Below are positions 36,944 to 46,813 of a DNA stretch of 64,000 nt, one piece after another. Under the pieces are notes generated by a model. It was given only the letters and a program-made list of their open reading frames with translations, had not been told where the DNA came from and searched no databases. Positions within the stretch are counted from its first letter, which is position 1, and each line of letters begins with the position of its first letter. This DNA comes from a virus. Both the position numbers and the translations under genes were made by a program. Location of the stretch: the UHGV virus genome UHGV-1366603; one strand, 5' to 3'.

Positions 36944-37586
36944 AAAAGCGGAAGCTTACGCCTTACAAATCTTAAGCCTGGTTGACCCCTCTGGGATTAA
37001 CGCGGAAGCAGCAAAGAAAGCCTTTGCTCGAATGACGGACGAACAGTTTAATCGTCTTCGTGAAGGGCTACCGATTTACAACCCGGTCGGTAGTAAAGTT
37101 AAAATCGACCACATGCGAAACGTTAAGCTTTGTCGTGTTTTAGGTTTGAACCTGGAACAACGGTTGTGGTTAACTGAGCCGAAAACGGGTGTTTTCCATC
37201 GTACTCGCTATCCCCATCTGGTGCTACGTTTACCTGCGCGTCGTCAAACACAGATGCAAGAAAAGAAAATGGCGGTAGCGAAGAACGACAAAGTTCGTGA
37301 TAAACTCTCCGGTCAGGTTGTGGGTCCTTCTAAGGCATCTGGCGTCTCTTTCCCAGAAGCGTACATCATGTACTCGGATGGTCACGACTGGACACTGAAA
37401 GAGTTTCTGTGGGCGCGTGGGGGTAACGAAGCGTTACAACGTGCGTTCTATCAATCGTTACGTCAAACCGGTAAGGGACGTATTGACCTACCGGGGGCAG
37501 AACGTACCAGTTCGAAAGCAACACGTACCTGGTCTGCGTATCTGAAAGCGATGCACATTGGTAACAACATAGGCCATCCGTCATGA
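36918..37586 (+). CDS. hypothetical protein (222 aa)
   Basis: ORF track; overlaps the upstream gene by 26 nt. Confidence 0.5.
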   Translation: MKLDPARRKKAEAYALQILSLVDPSGINAEAAKKAFARMTDEQFNRLREGLPIYNPVGSKVKIDHMRNVKLCRVLGLNLEQRLWLTEPKTGVFHRTRYPHLVLRLPARRQTQMQEKKMAVAKNDKVRDKLSGQVVGPSKASGVSFPEAYIMYSDGHDWTLKEFLWARGGNEALQRAFYQSLRQTGKGRIDLPGAERTSSKATRTWSAYLKAMHIGNNIGHPS

Positions 37587-38305
37587 GATTTTCTCGACGT
37601 TTTTTGATTGATATCGATGCGTTGTTTGACACCCGAATCGGTTGGGTCAAAGCCATCAAACCTGAAAGATTGGAAATTATGGATTACGACGTTTATCGTC
37701 GTCGTTTTACGGAGGAATGGGCGACTGTCTTGGGGTTTGAGAATTGGGAAGAGGAGTATCAGAAACGCGATAAACGCGCGTTGATGAATGCGGAACCCAC
37801 CGAACTGTTGTTGACGATGAAGAACGAGTTCGAATGTATGTTACTCGAAATCGAGATGCATTCGCCTATCGAAAAACCGACGCTGACGATCAACACCTGG
37901 CCGTATACTGATCTTACTGACCAAGAAATGCAAACGTTCTTGCAGATGTTCCGTATCTATTACGATATGGTGCAGGTTGAGTTAGTGTCGTGGCCGCATT
38001 CGGAGCTCACACCAGGTCGTTTAGCGACGGCTTGGGATTGTTGGATAATGTACGATTGGTTCGCTTGGATTGAACTCAATGCGAAACATCTGAAAAAACC
38101 TATCCCTAGCTTTACCATTACGCACCCTGCCCTGCTAACACCGGAGCTTACAAAAGAGACGGTAGAGCAGCTTAAACGCGATGGTGTAAATCCGTTCAAG
38201 GAACACATCCGGTTTATGGCAGAGTGGGTCGGTGTCGACCCACGTGATTCTGCGTTATTTAGTCTTGCTCGTCCGAAGAAGGACGCGCAAACGCCGCAGT
38301 CATAA
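37583..38305 (+). CDS. hypothetical protein (240 aa)
   Basis: ORF track; start overlaps the upstream stop. Confidence 0.55.
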   Translation: MRFSRRFLIDIDALFDTRIGWVKAIKPERLEIMDYDVYRRRFTEEWATVLGFENWEEEYQKRDKRALMNAEPTELLLTMKNEFECMLLEIEMHSPIEKPTLTINTWPYTDLTDQEMQTFLQMFRIYYDMVQVELVSWPHSELTPGRLATAWDCWIMYDWFAWIELNAKHLKKPIPSFTITHPALLTPELTKETVEQLKRDGVNPFKEHIRFMAEWVGVDPRDSALFSLARPKKDAQTPQS

Positions 38306-38723
38306 TGGACTTCACGTCAATTTGTTCGCCAACCGGAGCCAACTCCCCTTCCGAGATTTCTACGTTAGGAATGTCTGGAAGGGTGGGTTGGTAACTATTA
38401 TTTTCATCAGGTTCTTCGTCGTGACGTTTTATTTTCACGTTACCGCGTTGCATCAGAATTGTATTCAGTGCGTTAGCCAAGTCTTGGTTCGCTTCACTGT
38501 TTTTCTGAGCAGCAGCAACACGACGTTTAGAAATGATTTGCTTATCTAGGTCGTTTAATAACGTCCCGATACGATCCACGGTCTTTAAATCTTTGTGGGC
38601 ATTAGGATCGTCTAAGATTAGATTGACAATTCTGACACGGGCTTGTTGCGTTTGGCGGAGAAGCGATTCTTCGTCGTCTACTTCACCATCTAACGCCTGG
38701 TATTTCACTTCTTCTTCAGCCAT
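38259..38723 (-). CDS. hypothetical acidic protein (154 aa)
   Basis: ORF track; 3' end overlaps convergent gene 37583..38305. Confidence 0.45.
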   Translation of the reverse strand: MAEEEVKYQALDGEVDDEESLLRQTQQARVRIVNLILDDPNAHKDLKTVDRIGTLLNDLDKQIISKRRVAAAQKNSEANQDLANALNTILMQRGNVKIKRHDEEPDENNSYQPTLPDIPNVEISEGELAPVGEQIDVKSIMTAAFARPSSDEQD

Positions 38724-38757
38724 TTAAAACCACCTCATTTTCAAAAAGAAGTCAGAC

Positions 38758-38775
38758 AGATATTATTTACGTGAG
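38758..38775 (+). promoter_or_regulatory. candidate phage promoter motif AGATATTATTTACGTGAG
   Basis: Member of the recurring motif family, ~20 nt upstream of gene 38796. Confidence 0.3.
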
Positions 38776-38795
38776 ACATTCTTTCGGAGTGAATT

Positions 38796-39344
38796 ATGTT
38801 TACAGGATTAATAGCACGTTTTAAGAAACGTCTACAGCAAAAGCGTTTACAGGCTCTCAGAGAGTCTCTAAGGCAGGAGTTTCATAAGAACATCCATAAC
38901 CCCTACGTAAGAACGTTTAGCGGCTTACGGTTGCTTACGTTGCCTATAAACGTAGATACCGAACCCTACCACCCCAGCTTACGTGGTAATCTCGAGTTAC
39001 GTATCGCTAATCTCGATATTCTTTACCAACGTCTTGCTTTTTATATCAACGAATACCAACGCACGATTAACGGCACCTCTATCGAGTGGTTATCATTGCC
39101 AGAGTCGTTAAGTAAACAAAAAGACTCGTCAGAAAACCGCTGGTTAGACACTTATTTTGGGACGTCCAATCCGGCGGTTGCCTATTATAAGCTAACGCAG
39201 TTACTCGAGCTTATCGATCCTTACGAAGATATTTTCTTAAAGCCCAAGACCGATGAAGATCGGGCATTGGTGAATCACTGTGCACATTTGTTTCGTGAAA
39301 TGGAGGTACTCATCGAACACTACCTTTTAAACCGACCTGTTTAA
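38796..39344 (+). CDS. hypothetical protein (182 aa)
   Basis: ORF track. Confidence 0.6.
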   Translation: MFTGLIARFKKRLQQKRLQALRESLRQEFHKNIHNPYVRTFSGLRLLTLPINVDTEPYHPSLRGNLELRIANLDILYQRLAFYINEYQRTINGTSIEWLSLPESLSKQKDSSENRWLDTYFGTSNPAVAYYKLTQLLELIDPYEDIFLKPKTDEDRALVNHCAHLFREMEVLIEHYLLNRPV

Positions 39345-39377
39345 TAACCAGTTAACCCCTTGTAACAAGGTGAAGTG

Positions 39378-40190
39378 ATGGATAACGAAGCAAAAGCAAA
39401 ACTGCAACGAGACGAAGACGAACGTGCGGGTAAACCGTTGCAAAAACTTTACTGGGAATATAAAACTCAGATTGGGTGGGAACCTAAAGATTATAAGCTT
39501 GCGGTTGCAAGACACATCCTATCCCCTGATTTCCGCACACGTTCGAAGGCCGTTCTCGAAGATCGAGTACAACGCATCTCAACGAAACTTACCTCGGGTA
39601 ACAACCGTGACTTACCGGTTGACCTTACGTGGCGAGGGTTCACGGAAGGGTTAGTGATTACCGGGGTAGAATCGTTGAGAATCTGTATAACGACTTACCG
39701 TGGACGTTTCCAGACAAAAACCATTTCTGAAGTCACCACACGAGTGCGTGACGATCTTATCCGCTACGATTTCGAGGACTGTAACGAGAAACCGACGGCC
39801 AGTGCCAGTACGGAACTGAATCGTTTCTTCCGAGATTGTGCGGGAACCGCAAAGACGATGGAGCACCCCCTTTCGAGACTCCTGTGGACAATTTTTGCGA
39901 ATATCAAAATGACTTCGGATTGGTGGCATCGACTTTCAACGAACTATGTTAATAATCCAGAGAACTGTCTTCCTATCTCTTCTAAACGCAATGACATGCG
40001 GCACAATATGCAGCACAACATGCGACTGAAAAAGAAGCTGTCTTGGAAATGGTTTATGAGGATACTCAAGGCGATTGATGTGAAGAAATTCGACATTCTG
40101 TTGACGTTAAAACGCAAAAACGACAACAAGATTTACGAAGTCGTTCACACGGTTGACCTCGAGGCTTATCAATTTCGGAGTACAGAATGA
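39378..40190 (+). CDS. hypothetical protein (~270 aa)
   Basis: ATG at 39378 with AAGGTGAAG upstream. Confidence 0.6.
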   Translation: MDNEAKAKLQRDEDERAGKPLQKLYWEYKTQIGWEPKDYKLAVARHILSPDFRTRSKAVLEDRVQRISTKLTSGNNRDLPVDLTWRGFTEGLVITGVESLRICITTYRGRFQTKTISEVTTRVRDDLIRYDFEDCNEKPTASASTELNRFFRDCAGTAKTMEHPLSRLLWTIFANIKMTSDWWHRLSTNYVNNPENCLPISSKRNDMRHNMQHNMRLKKKLSWKWFMRILKAIDVKKFDILLTLKRKNDNKIYEVVHTVDLEAYQFRSTE

Positions 40191-41461
40191 AACTCGATCA
40201 GATAACCAGCCAGATTAACAAAGGTCAATCGGCTATCGACAACTCGGTTAATACCGCGAAGAATGCGGTTAACCGAGTACAGTCTACGGTGGAGAACGCC
40301 GAACGTGGCATTCAGAATACCGTCGATAAAGTCAGTCAGCTTTCCGATCGTGCTGGTGAAACCTTTAACAAACTCATCAGCGGTGGGAGCGAACTGACCT
40401 CAAAAATCGGTAACCTTTTCGGTGGTAGCGACATTGCAAGCGTAGGGGGTACCAAAACAGCGGGTAGCTCCACTTCCGGTGTTTCCCCAGGACAAAAAGT
40501 TCCTGGGTTTGCTTCTAACACTAAAGAGACACTGCCTGTTCTCGATCCGCAGAAGCGTGATGTTTCAGAACCTTTCAAAAAGGTTAATGAGGAAGGACTT
40601 AAAGCACTAGGGTATCTGTCACCGGGTGACTCAGGAAGTTTACTGGGTAAAGGTTGGAACAGTCTTTCGTCGCTTAGTGATTCTCTTCTGTCAGGAATCG
40701 GTACTGACTTCTCCTCCGTGAAGAAACGTCTCGAAGGAACGCTGAATATCGCAGGTCAACTGGCTAAGCTTCCTTCGGAAATCAGTCATGAAGTCAACAA
40801 CTTTATGTCTGAAGTCAACAGTATGCGTTACCAGATAACCTCGGTTATTGATGACGTACAACACACGTTTGACAGCTATAAAGACCTTGACGATTTCTTA
40901 GCCATCGACAACTTGATTAACAGTTTCAAAGGCAGCGACAGTTTTTCAGCGTTAGACATTAACACATCGTCTGCATTGATCTACGGTCTGTCTACGAAAC
41001 TTAACAGTTACGGACTGCCTGCAAAAATCGACCCGATGATTCAGGCTATTACTGACGATCAAGCAAAAGAGGCGCTTTACGGGGAGTTGATGATTCAAGC
41101 TGCTGCGACCGGTAACTTGGACTCAACGGAATATTACCTGGACAAACTTCAGGAAGGTCAGGGCAAACAGATTGCGGAAACCGTGATTCAAAACATCATG
41201 GCTAACTTGCGTGTAGAACCCGGTACGAGTTTTAGTACGTACGGGACACGAATGTTGGCGTTGTTTAAAGCACTGGATGCCAAATGGGATAAAACGAAAA
41301 ACGTTACTCCCGAAACTACCGAATTGAAACTCTATACTTACGCAGGCGCTAACGCGATACAAGCGCTGATGACCACCGAAAAACGTAACTACGTTTTAGC
41401 GGCAGGTAGTGTAAGTTATCAGTCTACCGATGAAATCGTGGAAGACTACTTTGCAATCTAA
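40187..41461 (+). CDS. hypothetical protein with N-terminal coiled-coil and Gly/Ser-rich segment (424 aa)
   Basis: ORF track; start overlaps the upstream stop. Confidence 0.6.
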   Translation: MKLDQITSQINKGQSAIDNSVNTAKNAVNRVQSTVENAERGIQNTVDKVSQLSDRAGETFNKLISGGSELTSKIGNLFGGSDIASVGGTKTAGSSTSGVSPGQKVPGFASNTKETLPVLDPQKRDVSEPFKKVNEEGLKALGYLSPGDSGSLLGKGWNSLSSLSDSLLSGIGTDFSSVKKRLEGTLNIAGQLAKLPSEISHEVNNFMSEVNSMRYQITSVIDDVQHTFDSYKDLDDFLAIDNLINSFKGSDSFSALDINTSSALIYGLSTKLNSYGLPAKIDPMIQAITDDQAKEALYGELMIQAAATGNLDSTEYYLDKLQEGQGKQIAETVIQNIMANLRVEPGTSFSTYGTRMLALFKALDAKWDKTKNVTPETTELKLYTYAGANAIQALMTTEKRNYVLAAGSVSYQSTDEIVEDYFAI

Positions 41462-41471
41462 GAGGCCGGAT

Positions 41472-42293
41472 ATGTCCGAACCACAATTACTGCGCTCCGT
41501 ATTAATGAAAATCAAAAGTCAACGTGAAGACATTCAATCATTGGCTTTAACGCTCGGTTATGCGCCGGGTGACTTACGTTCTAAATCCTACGTGAACGCG
41601 TCAAGCATTGTACTCACGCCTGATGAGCGCCTTGCTTATGTCCTATACCTGAGACGGTTAGGCTATGTTTGTGCTTTACCTGAACAACTCCCGTTTACCG
41701 ATGGGGTGAACCACATCAACTTTTACTCCAACGGTCGTACTACCGTGGGTAAGATGATCAGTAACTTCTACGCGAAACCTGACGGGTCAAAATTCGACAC
41801 GATTCACGGTCAGTTCCTGACGTTGGAAGGTTACTATCACTACTTGCGTATCGTTGACTACATGTTACACATGGGTTATTCGATTAAAACGATGGGGCGT
41901 CTGGAAACTGAATTTCCTGATATTCTTCGTTTACGTACGTTAACGGGTACGGAATGTATTCAGTTAGGTCGTCGATTAAAAGCGGCAATTTACGGGAAAA
42001 CGGATTACCGTCCGGGCGAGTTTAGTAGCTACGCGACTGGCGCATTTAAGAATGCACTGCTGCGTAAGTTACACCTGTTACAATACGACGGGTCTTGTTT
42101 AGGTAATACCCTGTCTTACTGCCATTCAATGAATCTTCCGTTCTTGCATTATTACGTTATGAACGGTCGGGTGATTACACCACCGCATTCTGAATGGCTT
42201 CCTAATCTGGTGATTTCTATTGTAGAAAACATCGACTATAACGACTCGACGTTCGATATTACGGACGTCAGTGAACGTATGGGATTAATCTAA
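41472..42293 (+). CDS. hypothetical protein (~273 aa)
   Basis: ATG at 41472 with AGAGG upstream; ORF-track start at 41430. Confidence 0.55.
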   Translation: MSEPQLLRSVLMKIKSQREDIQSLALTLGYAPGDLRSKSYVNASSIVLTPDERLAYVLYLRRLGYVCALPEQLPFTDGVNHINFYSNGRTTVGKMISNFYAKPDGSKFDTIHGQFLTLEGYYHYLRIVDYMLHMGYSIKTMGRLETEFPDILRLRTLTGTECIQLGRRLKAAIYGKTDYRPGEFSSYATGAFKNALLRKLHLLQYDGSCLGNTLSYCHSMNLPFLHYYVMNGRVITPPHSEWLPNLVISIVENIDYNDSTFDITDVSERMGLI

Positions 42294-42952
42294 TGGGATT
42301 GTTCGATACCCTAGCGCGGCTGGATAAAGCGCAGGAAGAAGAAATCATTCGTGTTGCAGGTGAATCCATTAAACACGAAGTCGAAAAGGAATACTGCGTT
42401 TGGGTAAAACCGACGCAAGCGGGATGGGATTGGCTCCACGCACAAGAAGCCAAGATGTTCATGGACATTCTCATGCCGATAGAAGGTGGGCGTCGTCGTA
42501 TCCGTATTAAAGAAGACGGTACGGCACAGCTAACGCTTAAGCGTAAATTCCAGGACGGAAAGGTTGAAGAGAATTCGGATATCGGGATTAGTTCCGCACT
42601 CTCTTTTTACAAAGATGGCTATTTGGCACACCTGGTGAAGCGTGTTCACTTAGAGCCAGGTGAATTAGCCGATAAAGGTGCTAAGCATTGGGATATTGAT
42701 ATTTTCAGTATCACCACCGGACACCCTGCTATTGAAGTTTCGGCTGACTTTAACGATCTCCTCACCGAGATGCGTAGTAGTACCAGCGTCGGAGACTGGG
42801 TGAAAGTTGAACTGGAAGTCGAGCGTTACGAGATTGCGGATGTGTTGTCCGTGATTCCGTTTGAGTTTGACGGCCATATTCCGGCTACGCCAAAAGATCC
42901 TGAAGACCAAGAATACCTTCGCGATTACTGGGATTCAGTTACCCGTATGTAA
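42293..42952 (+). CDS. hypothetical protein (219 aa)
   Basis: ATG overlapping the upstream stop. Confidence 0.6.
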   Translation: MGLFDTLARLDKAQEEEIIRVAGESIKHEVEKEYCVWVKPTQAGWDWLHAQEAKMFMDILMPIEGGRRRIRIKEDGTAQLTLKRKFQDGKVEENSDIGISSALSFYKDGYLAHLVKRVHLEPGELADKGAKHWDIDIFSITTGHPAIEVSADFNDLLTEMRSSTSVGDWVKVELEVERYEIADVLSVIPFEFDGHIPATPKDPEDQEYLRDYWDSVTRM

Positions 42953-42958
42953 CACCTA

Positions 42959-42997
42959 CCCTACTCCTGTCTGGGAGTAGGGTATTTTCATTTTTTA
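42959..42997 (+). terminator. rho-independent terminator (CCCTACTCC-loop-GGAGTAGGG + T-run)
   Basis: Third copy of the identical CCCTACTCC/GGAGTAGGG stem, followed by TATTTTCATTTTTT. Confidence 0.6.
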
Positions 42998-43016
42998 CCC
43001 TAAAGGAGAATTTACC

Positions 43017-43385
43017 ATGCAAGCTCAGTTTTTTAATACTCCCAACGGATTCGGTTTTAGATTCCCTGAATTTGTTTTACCAAAACAAGTTATTGAAGTA
43101 CCACTCACACGTGGTGTGCTATTAAAGCTACGCACCGTACTGGCCAACTTCTCAGGAAAGACTGTGGATATTCGTGTATGGTCAGGTTCGGGAAGTCCTG
43201 GTGGTGTTTTGTTTGTCGATTACAATTGGATTAAAAGGACAGGTTTTCCGCTTGTACGAAAAGTTGAAGCTGTACACGGATTATCCTTCCACACTCTGCT
43301 GGGTGATTTAACGTTCCCTGAAAGTGGCGAATATTCTACTCCTGCTGAAGACGAATACCAAATTCATCTCGTTTTGTTGAAGTAA
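43017..43385 (+). CDS. hypothetical protein (122 aa)
   Basis: SD AAAGGAG. Confidence 0.55.
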   Translation: MQAQFFNTPNGFGFRFPEFVLPKQVIEVPLTRGVLLKLRTVLANFSGKTVDIRVWSGSGSPGGVLFVDYNWIKRTGFPLVRKVEAVHGLSFHTLLGDLTFPESGEYSTPAEDEYQIHLVLLK

Positions 43386-43448
43386 TTTTTACAATTAGGT
43401 GTAGATTTATGTCTCCCCTAGAACAAAATCTAAATCGGAGAAACAATT

Positions 43449-43859
43449 ATGCGTGAACATATCCTCGATCTTAGTGTTTCTGTAGAAGAACTTGTCAATC
43501 AACTTGGCGGCACGGGTCATGGTCTTCATTCAAAGACGAACAGTATAAGCCATCTCCTCGACCCAGAGTACGAACGAAAACTCCACATGATCGCAACCGT
43601 TCGTAACAAAGCCATGCACGAGAATATTCTCCCTACCAACATTCAAGCCTTTGAACAAGCCGTAGCAGATACAAAAGTTTATTTGCTTGACCTCTGTTTG
43701 CGCCAAGAAAACCCTAGCCAGTCGGAACCCAAAGAGCCGGGTAAAAGAAAGCTTGGGTGGTCTGAAATGAATAAGAAGCAAAGAATCTATTACGGTATCG
43801 GTATTGCTATCGGCTGTGTCGCTATTGGTATTTTCGGTATAACAGGACCTAAAAGATGA
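43449..43859 (+). CDS. hypothetical protein with C-terminal TM anchor (136 aa)
   Basis: C-terminal hydrophobic segment IYYGIGIAIGCVAIGIFGI. Confidence 0.55.
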   Translation: MREHILDLSVSVEELVNQLGGTGHGLHSKTNSISHLLDPEYERKLHMIATVRNKAMHENILPTNIQAFEQAVADTKVYLLDLCLRQENPSQSEPKEPGKRKLGWSEMNKKQRIYYGIGIAIGCVAIGIFGITGPKR

Positions 43860-44401
43860 AACTCGTAAACATGACGGACGAGGTTTCTAAGTTTATTGTT
43901 TTCTTAGAAAACCAAAATGTAAAGCCGGGTGAGAACATTGACGAATGGATGCTTAGACTACACAGCACGATAGGTAAAGTGTGTGGGTCAATCACCTCAA
44001 TCGACAGTTTAGGTCTGGCCAGAAACATTGGGGTAGCCTTTTGGGATATTGCTGCTTTTGTCTACGTTACTAATAAAGGAAACTTACACCCGTTCTTAAG
44101 CTCTCTGGTAAGGATGAATGGGGTTCGTAAATGGAGCAACGACCCTATCGTGATACAGGGAAGTAAATTAGTTAACGCGGCAGTACGAACTATTGCTCTT
44201 GGGCAATGCCGTACGGGAAAATACACGGACAAATGTGAGATAGAACTCACGACGTTAACTTATCGCCTGGCGTCTGTTGCCAGAACCAACGGCTTAGTCG
44301 TAGACCGCGTTATCAAAAACGGTCGCGAGACGTGGGTTAAGGAACAAAACAAAGGCGATTTTCTCTCTTATCTTGAATTACACAAAATGATTAAAGGATA
44401 A
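43856..44401 (+). CDS. hypothetical protein (181 aa)
   Basis: ORF track; start overlaps the upstream stop. Confidence 0.55.
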   Translation: MKLVNMTDEVSKFIVFLENQNVKPGENIDEWMLRLHSTIGKVCGSITSIDSLGLARNIGVAFWDIAAFVYVTNKGNLHPFLSSLVRMNGVRKWSNDPIVIQGSKLVNAAVRTIALGQCRTGKYTDKCEIELTTLTYRLASVARTNGLVVDRVIKNGRETWVKEQNKGDFLSYLELHKMIKG

Positions 44402-44409
44402 TCAGTACG

Positions 44410-44718
44410 ATGGAAAACTATTCGGGTTGGGCAATTTCGCAGTGCATTGGCTATTCTTTACGTTCTTTAGTGCGTACACTTTATAACAAAAACTCAGGTG
44501 AAGCTATTACACCACAGTTACTGGGCAAATTGGAAGTCGAAGTTAACCACAAATTAAAGCAGTTACTCGACAACCACGTAAGAACAATGCGTTGGGAGTT
44601 TTTGTTGCGTGGTAAGAAGCCGTCAATTACTGTTGTGGCAGAAGGCAGTGAAATTGTTCTCCAATCCAACGCAGACCTGTTTGAAATTTTAACTGAACTC
44701 GAAAAGGACAAAATCTGA
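44410..44718 (+). CDS. hypothetical protein (102 aa)
   Basis: ORF track. Confidence 0.5.
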   Translation: MENYSGWAISQCIGYSLRSLVRTLYNKNSGEAITPQLLGKLEVEVNHKLKQLLDNHVRTMRWEFLLRGKKPSITVVAEGSEIVLQSNADLFEILTELEKDKI

Positions 44719-45752
44719 TGAAACAGTATTTAGCGTTAATGCAAGACATTCTGGATAACGGCGTTGTCAAGAAAGACCGTACAGGCGTAGGGACACTTTC
44801 TGTATTTGGCCGTCAACTACGTTTTGACCTGAAAGAAGGTTTCCCATTAGTTACTACGAAAAAGGTTCACCTGAAAAGTATCATTCATGAACTGCTGTGG
44901 TTCTTAAACGGTGACACTAACGTGAAGTACCTGCAAGAGAATGGGGTAAGAATTTGGAACGAATGGAGTGATGAAGAGGGGAACTTAGGGCCAGTATATG
45001 GTAAACAATGGCGCGAATGGCGCGACTGTAAAGTTGTGGAATGTCACGATGTAGGACGTACACAACAACTAATGCAGCTCGGTTACAAGTATATTGGGAA
45101 CATAAAGGAAGACGGTACGACGTATTTGGTCTATGAAAAAGCACATGACCAGATCAGTAAAGTTATCCAACAACTTCGTGAAGACCCAGATTCTCGCCGC
45201 ATTATTGTTAGTGCCTGGAACGTAGCCGACCTGGACGACATGGCACTTAACCCATGCCACAACTATTTCCAATTCTACACTACAGAAATGACACTGCTTG
45301 AACGACTGGATTGGTACGAAGTAAACGAGCCGGAAAAATTTGCGAGCGCACCGCTTATTAATCACGAAGATATTGATGATGAAGAGCGGCTTCAAGAAAC
45401 TTTAGATCGTGAGGGCATTCCACGCCGTAAGCTTTCATGTTTTTACATGATGCGGAGCAACGATTACCTACTCGGCGCGCCATTTAACATCGCTTCCTAC
45501 GCTCTGTTAACCTATATGGTTGCACAGCAGTTGAACATGGTTCCAGACGAACTCGTTTACAGCGGCGTAGATGTTCATCTGTACTCTAACCATCTGGAGC
45601 AAGCAAAACTTCAGCTTACACGCGAACCATACCCGTTACCTAAACTGGTTATCAAACGTAAACCTGATTCTATCTTCGATTACAAATACGAAGACTTCGA
45701 ATTAGTCGGCTATCAAGCACATCCACATATTGCGGCCCCCGTCGCAGTATAA
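44718..45752 (+). CDS. thyA: thymidylate synthase (ThyA-family) with two insertions
   Basis: N-terminal ~100 aa close to enterobacterial ThyA ([45 protein letters not shown]); catalytic NPCH and [10 protein letters not shown] present; C-terminus ..[28 protein letters not shown]..; extra segments at ~45020-45125 and ~45300-45440. Confidence 0.85.
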   Translation: MKQYLALMQDILDNGVVKKDRTGVGTLSVFGRQLRFDLKEGFPLVTTKKVHLKSIIHELLWFLNGDTNVKYLQENGVRIWNEWSDEEGNLGPVYGKQWREWRDCKVVECHDVGRTQQLMQLGYKYIGNIKEDGTTYLVYEKAHDQISKVIQQLREDPDSRRIIVSAWNVADLDDMALNPCHNYFQFYTTEMTLLERLDWYEVNEPEKFASAPLINHEDIDDEERLQETLDREGIPRRKLSCFYMMRSNDYLLGAPFNIASYALLTYMVAQQLNMVPDELVYSGVDVHLYSNHLEQAKLQLTREPYPLPKLVIKRKPDSIFDYKYEDFELVGYQAHPHIAAPVAV

Positions 45753-45782
45753 ATTACCACCTAATTAAAAAGGTATGATAAA

Positions 45783-46229
45783 ATGTCTAAAACTCATGTT
45801 AACTATAACATCGTAGTAGAAGAATTATCAAAAGGTTTAACCGATCTGGATTCTAAAGATAATCCGTTTACCGATCGCTATGGTCCCAATGCTTTGTCTG
45901 AATTTCGTACTATCCGCTACGGTACAGGTAGGCAGATGGGGCTTACAGACTTTGGTGTCGAGTTAGCTAAGAACCATAAAGGGAAAGTATTATTCGTTAA
46001 CCCAAAAGGGTTCTTAGAGGACGATGTGCTATTCCGTTTAGGTCTCGAAGACTTACCGGAGAATATCACACAAATCAGCGGTTACCAAATGGGTACAGAA
46101 AAAGAAAAATACAGCCTTGTCATTGTAGACGACGCTGGGGTTTTCTTTAGCATGTTCCGTTACATGAAGTTCTTCCGCTTACTTGCAAACTCAGTAACTA
46201 AAGACGTTGTAATCCATTTAATAGGTTAA
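45783..46229 (+). CDS. hypothetical protein (148 aa)
   Basis: ORF track. Confidence 0.55.
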   Translation: MSKTHVNYNIVVEELSKGLTDLDSKDNPFTDRYGPNALSEFRTIRYGTGRQMGLTDFGVELAKNHKGKVLFVNPKGFLEDDVLFRLGLEDLPENITQISGYQMGTEKEKYSLVIVDDAGVFFSMFRYMKFFRLLANSVTKDVVIHLIG

Positions 46230-46249
46230 TTAATGACGAGGGAATTCTT

Positions 46250-46400
46250 TATGTCGAATGATGTCATTAAAGTTACTATAAAGTATATCAATCTGAATAA
46301 GAGAATCCGTTGCAAAGTAAATCGTAAAGCTATCGCTAGTCGCTGGCGTAAAGGACCACACAAGGGTCGTAAACGCTTTCTGGCTTTTTGGGATGTCTGA
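46250..46400 (+). CDS. small basic protein (49 aa)
   Basis: MSNDVIKVTIKYINLNKRIRCKVNRKAIASRWRKGPHKGRKRFLAFWDV; below the ORF-track cutoff. Confidence 0.3.
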
Positions 46401-46624
46401 TGAAAAAACCACGTTTTCACAGCCTGAGATACTTTACAGGTACTCTATATTTTATTGGCTACAACCGTGTACGTAAGGGTCCTGGTAAATCGAAGATGCG
46501 CATCGTGCGATATAAAGAGACGCCGCCAGGTCTAGCACCGATGGCGAAACTTCTGTCGCCGTTCGCTAACCTTAATATCAAAACTGTTAACCCCTTTGTA
46601 AGAAATCTGGAAACTAAAAAATGA
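46400..46624 (+). CDS. small basic protein (~74 aa)
   Basis: ATG overlapping the upstream stop (TGATG); ..RVRKGPGKSKMRIVRYK.. resembles the RWRKGPHKGRKRF segment of the preceding ORF. Confidence 0.4.
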   Translation: MKKPRFHSLRYFTGTLYFIGYNRVRKGPGKSKMRIVRYKETPPGLAPMAKLLSPFANLNIKTVNPFVRNLETKK

Positions 46625-46764
46625 CTGAAGAAGTTAAAGTAGAAGCCGTTAAAGAAACTGACGAATTTGCAATCCCTGGCTTAGACCCGGAAGCGACCGT
46701 AGAGAAAGGTGCTGACCCAACTACGGAAGACGATAACTGCTCAGGCGGGGCTTGCAAAATTTAA
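46621..46764 (+). CDS. small acidic peptide with C-terminal CSGGACKI (47 aa)
   Basis: ATG overlapping the upstream stop; below the ORF-track cutoff. Confidence 0.3.
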   Translation: MTEEVKVEAVKETDEFAIPGLDPEATVEKGADPTTEDDNCSGGACKI

Positions 46765-46772
46765 CAGTTCAC

Positions 46773-46813
46773 GGGGTGCTTATGTAGCACCCCTAATCCT
46801 TATTCTTTTTTTG
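46773..46813 (+). terminator. rho-independent terminator (GGGGTGC-TATGTA-GCACCCC + long T-run)
   Basis: Seen directly in the sequence. Confidence 0.6.

Noticed and set aside
42293-42952. Possible CYTH / triphosphate-tunnel motif (HEVEKEY) in the 219-aa protein
   Set aside because: The spacing is E-x-E-K rather than the canonical E-x-E-x-K, and no other CYTH landmarks were recognised.
9181-43008. Recurrent CCTAAAGGAG sequence upstream of many genes
   Set aside because: It always sits 6-9 nt before the start codon and is an extended Shine-Dalgarno sequence, not an independent regulatory element.
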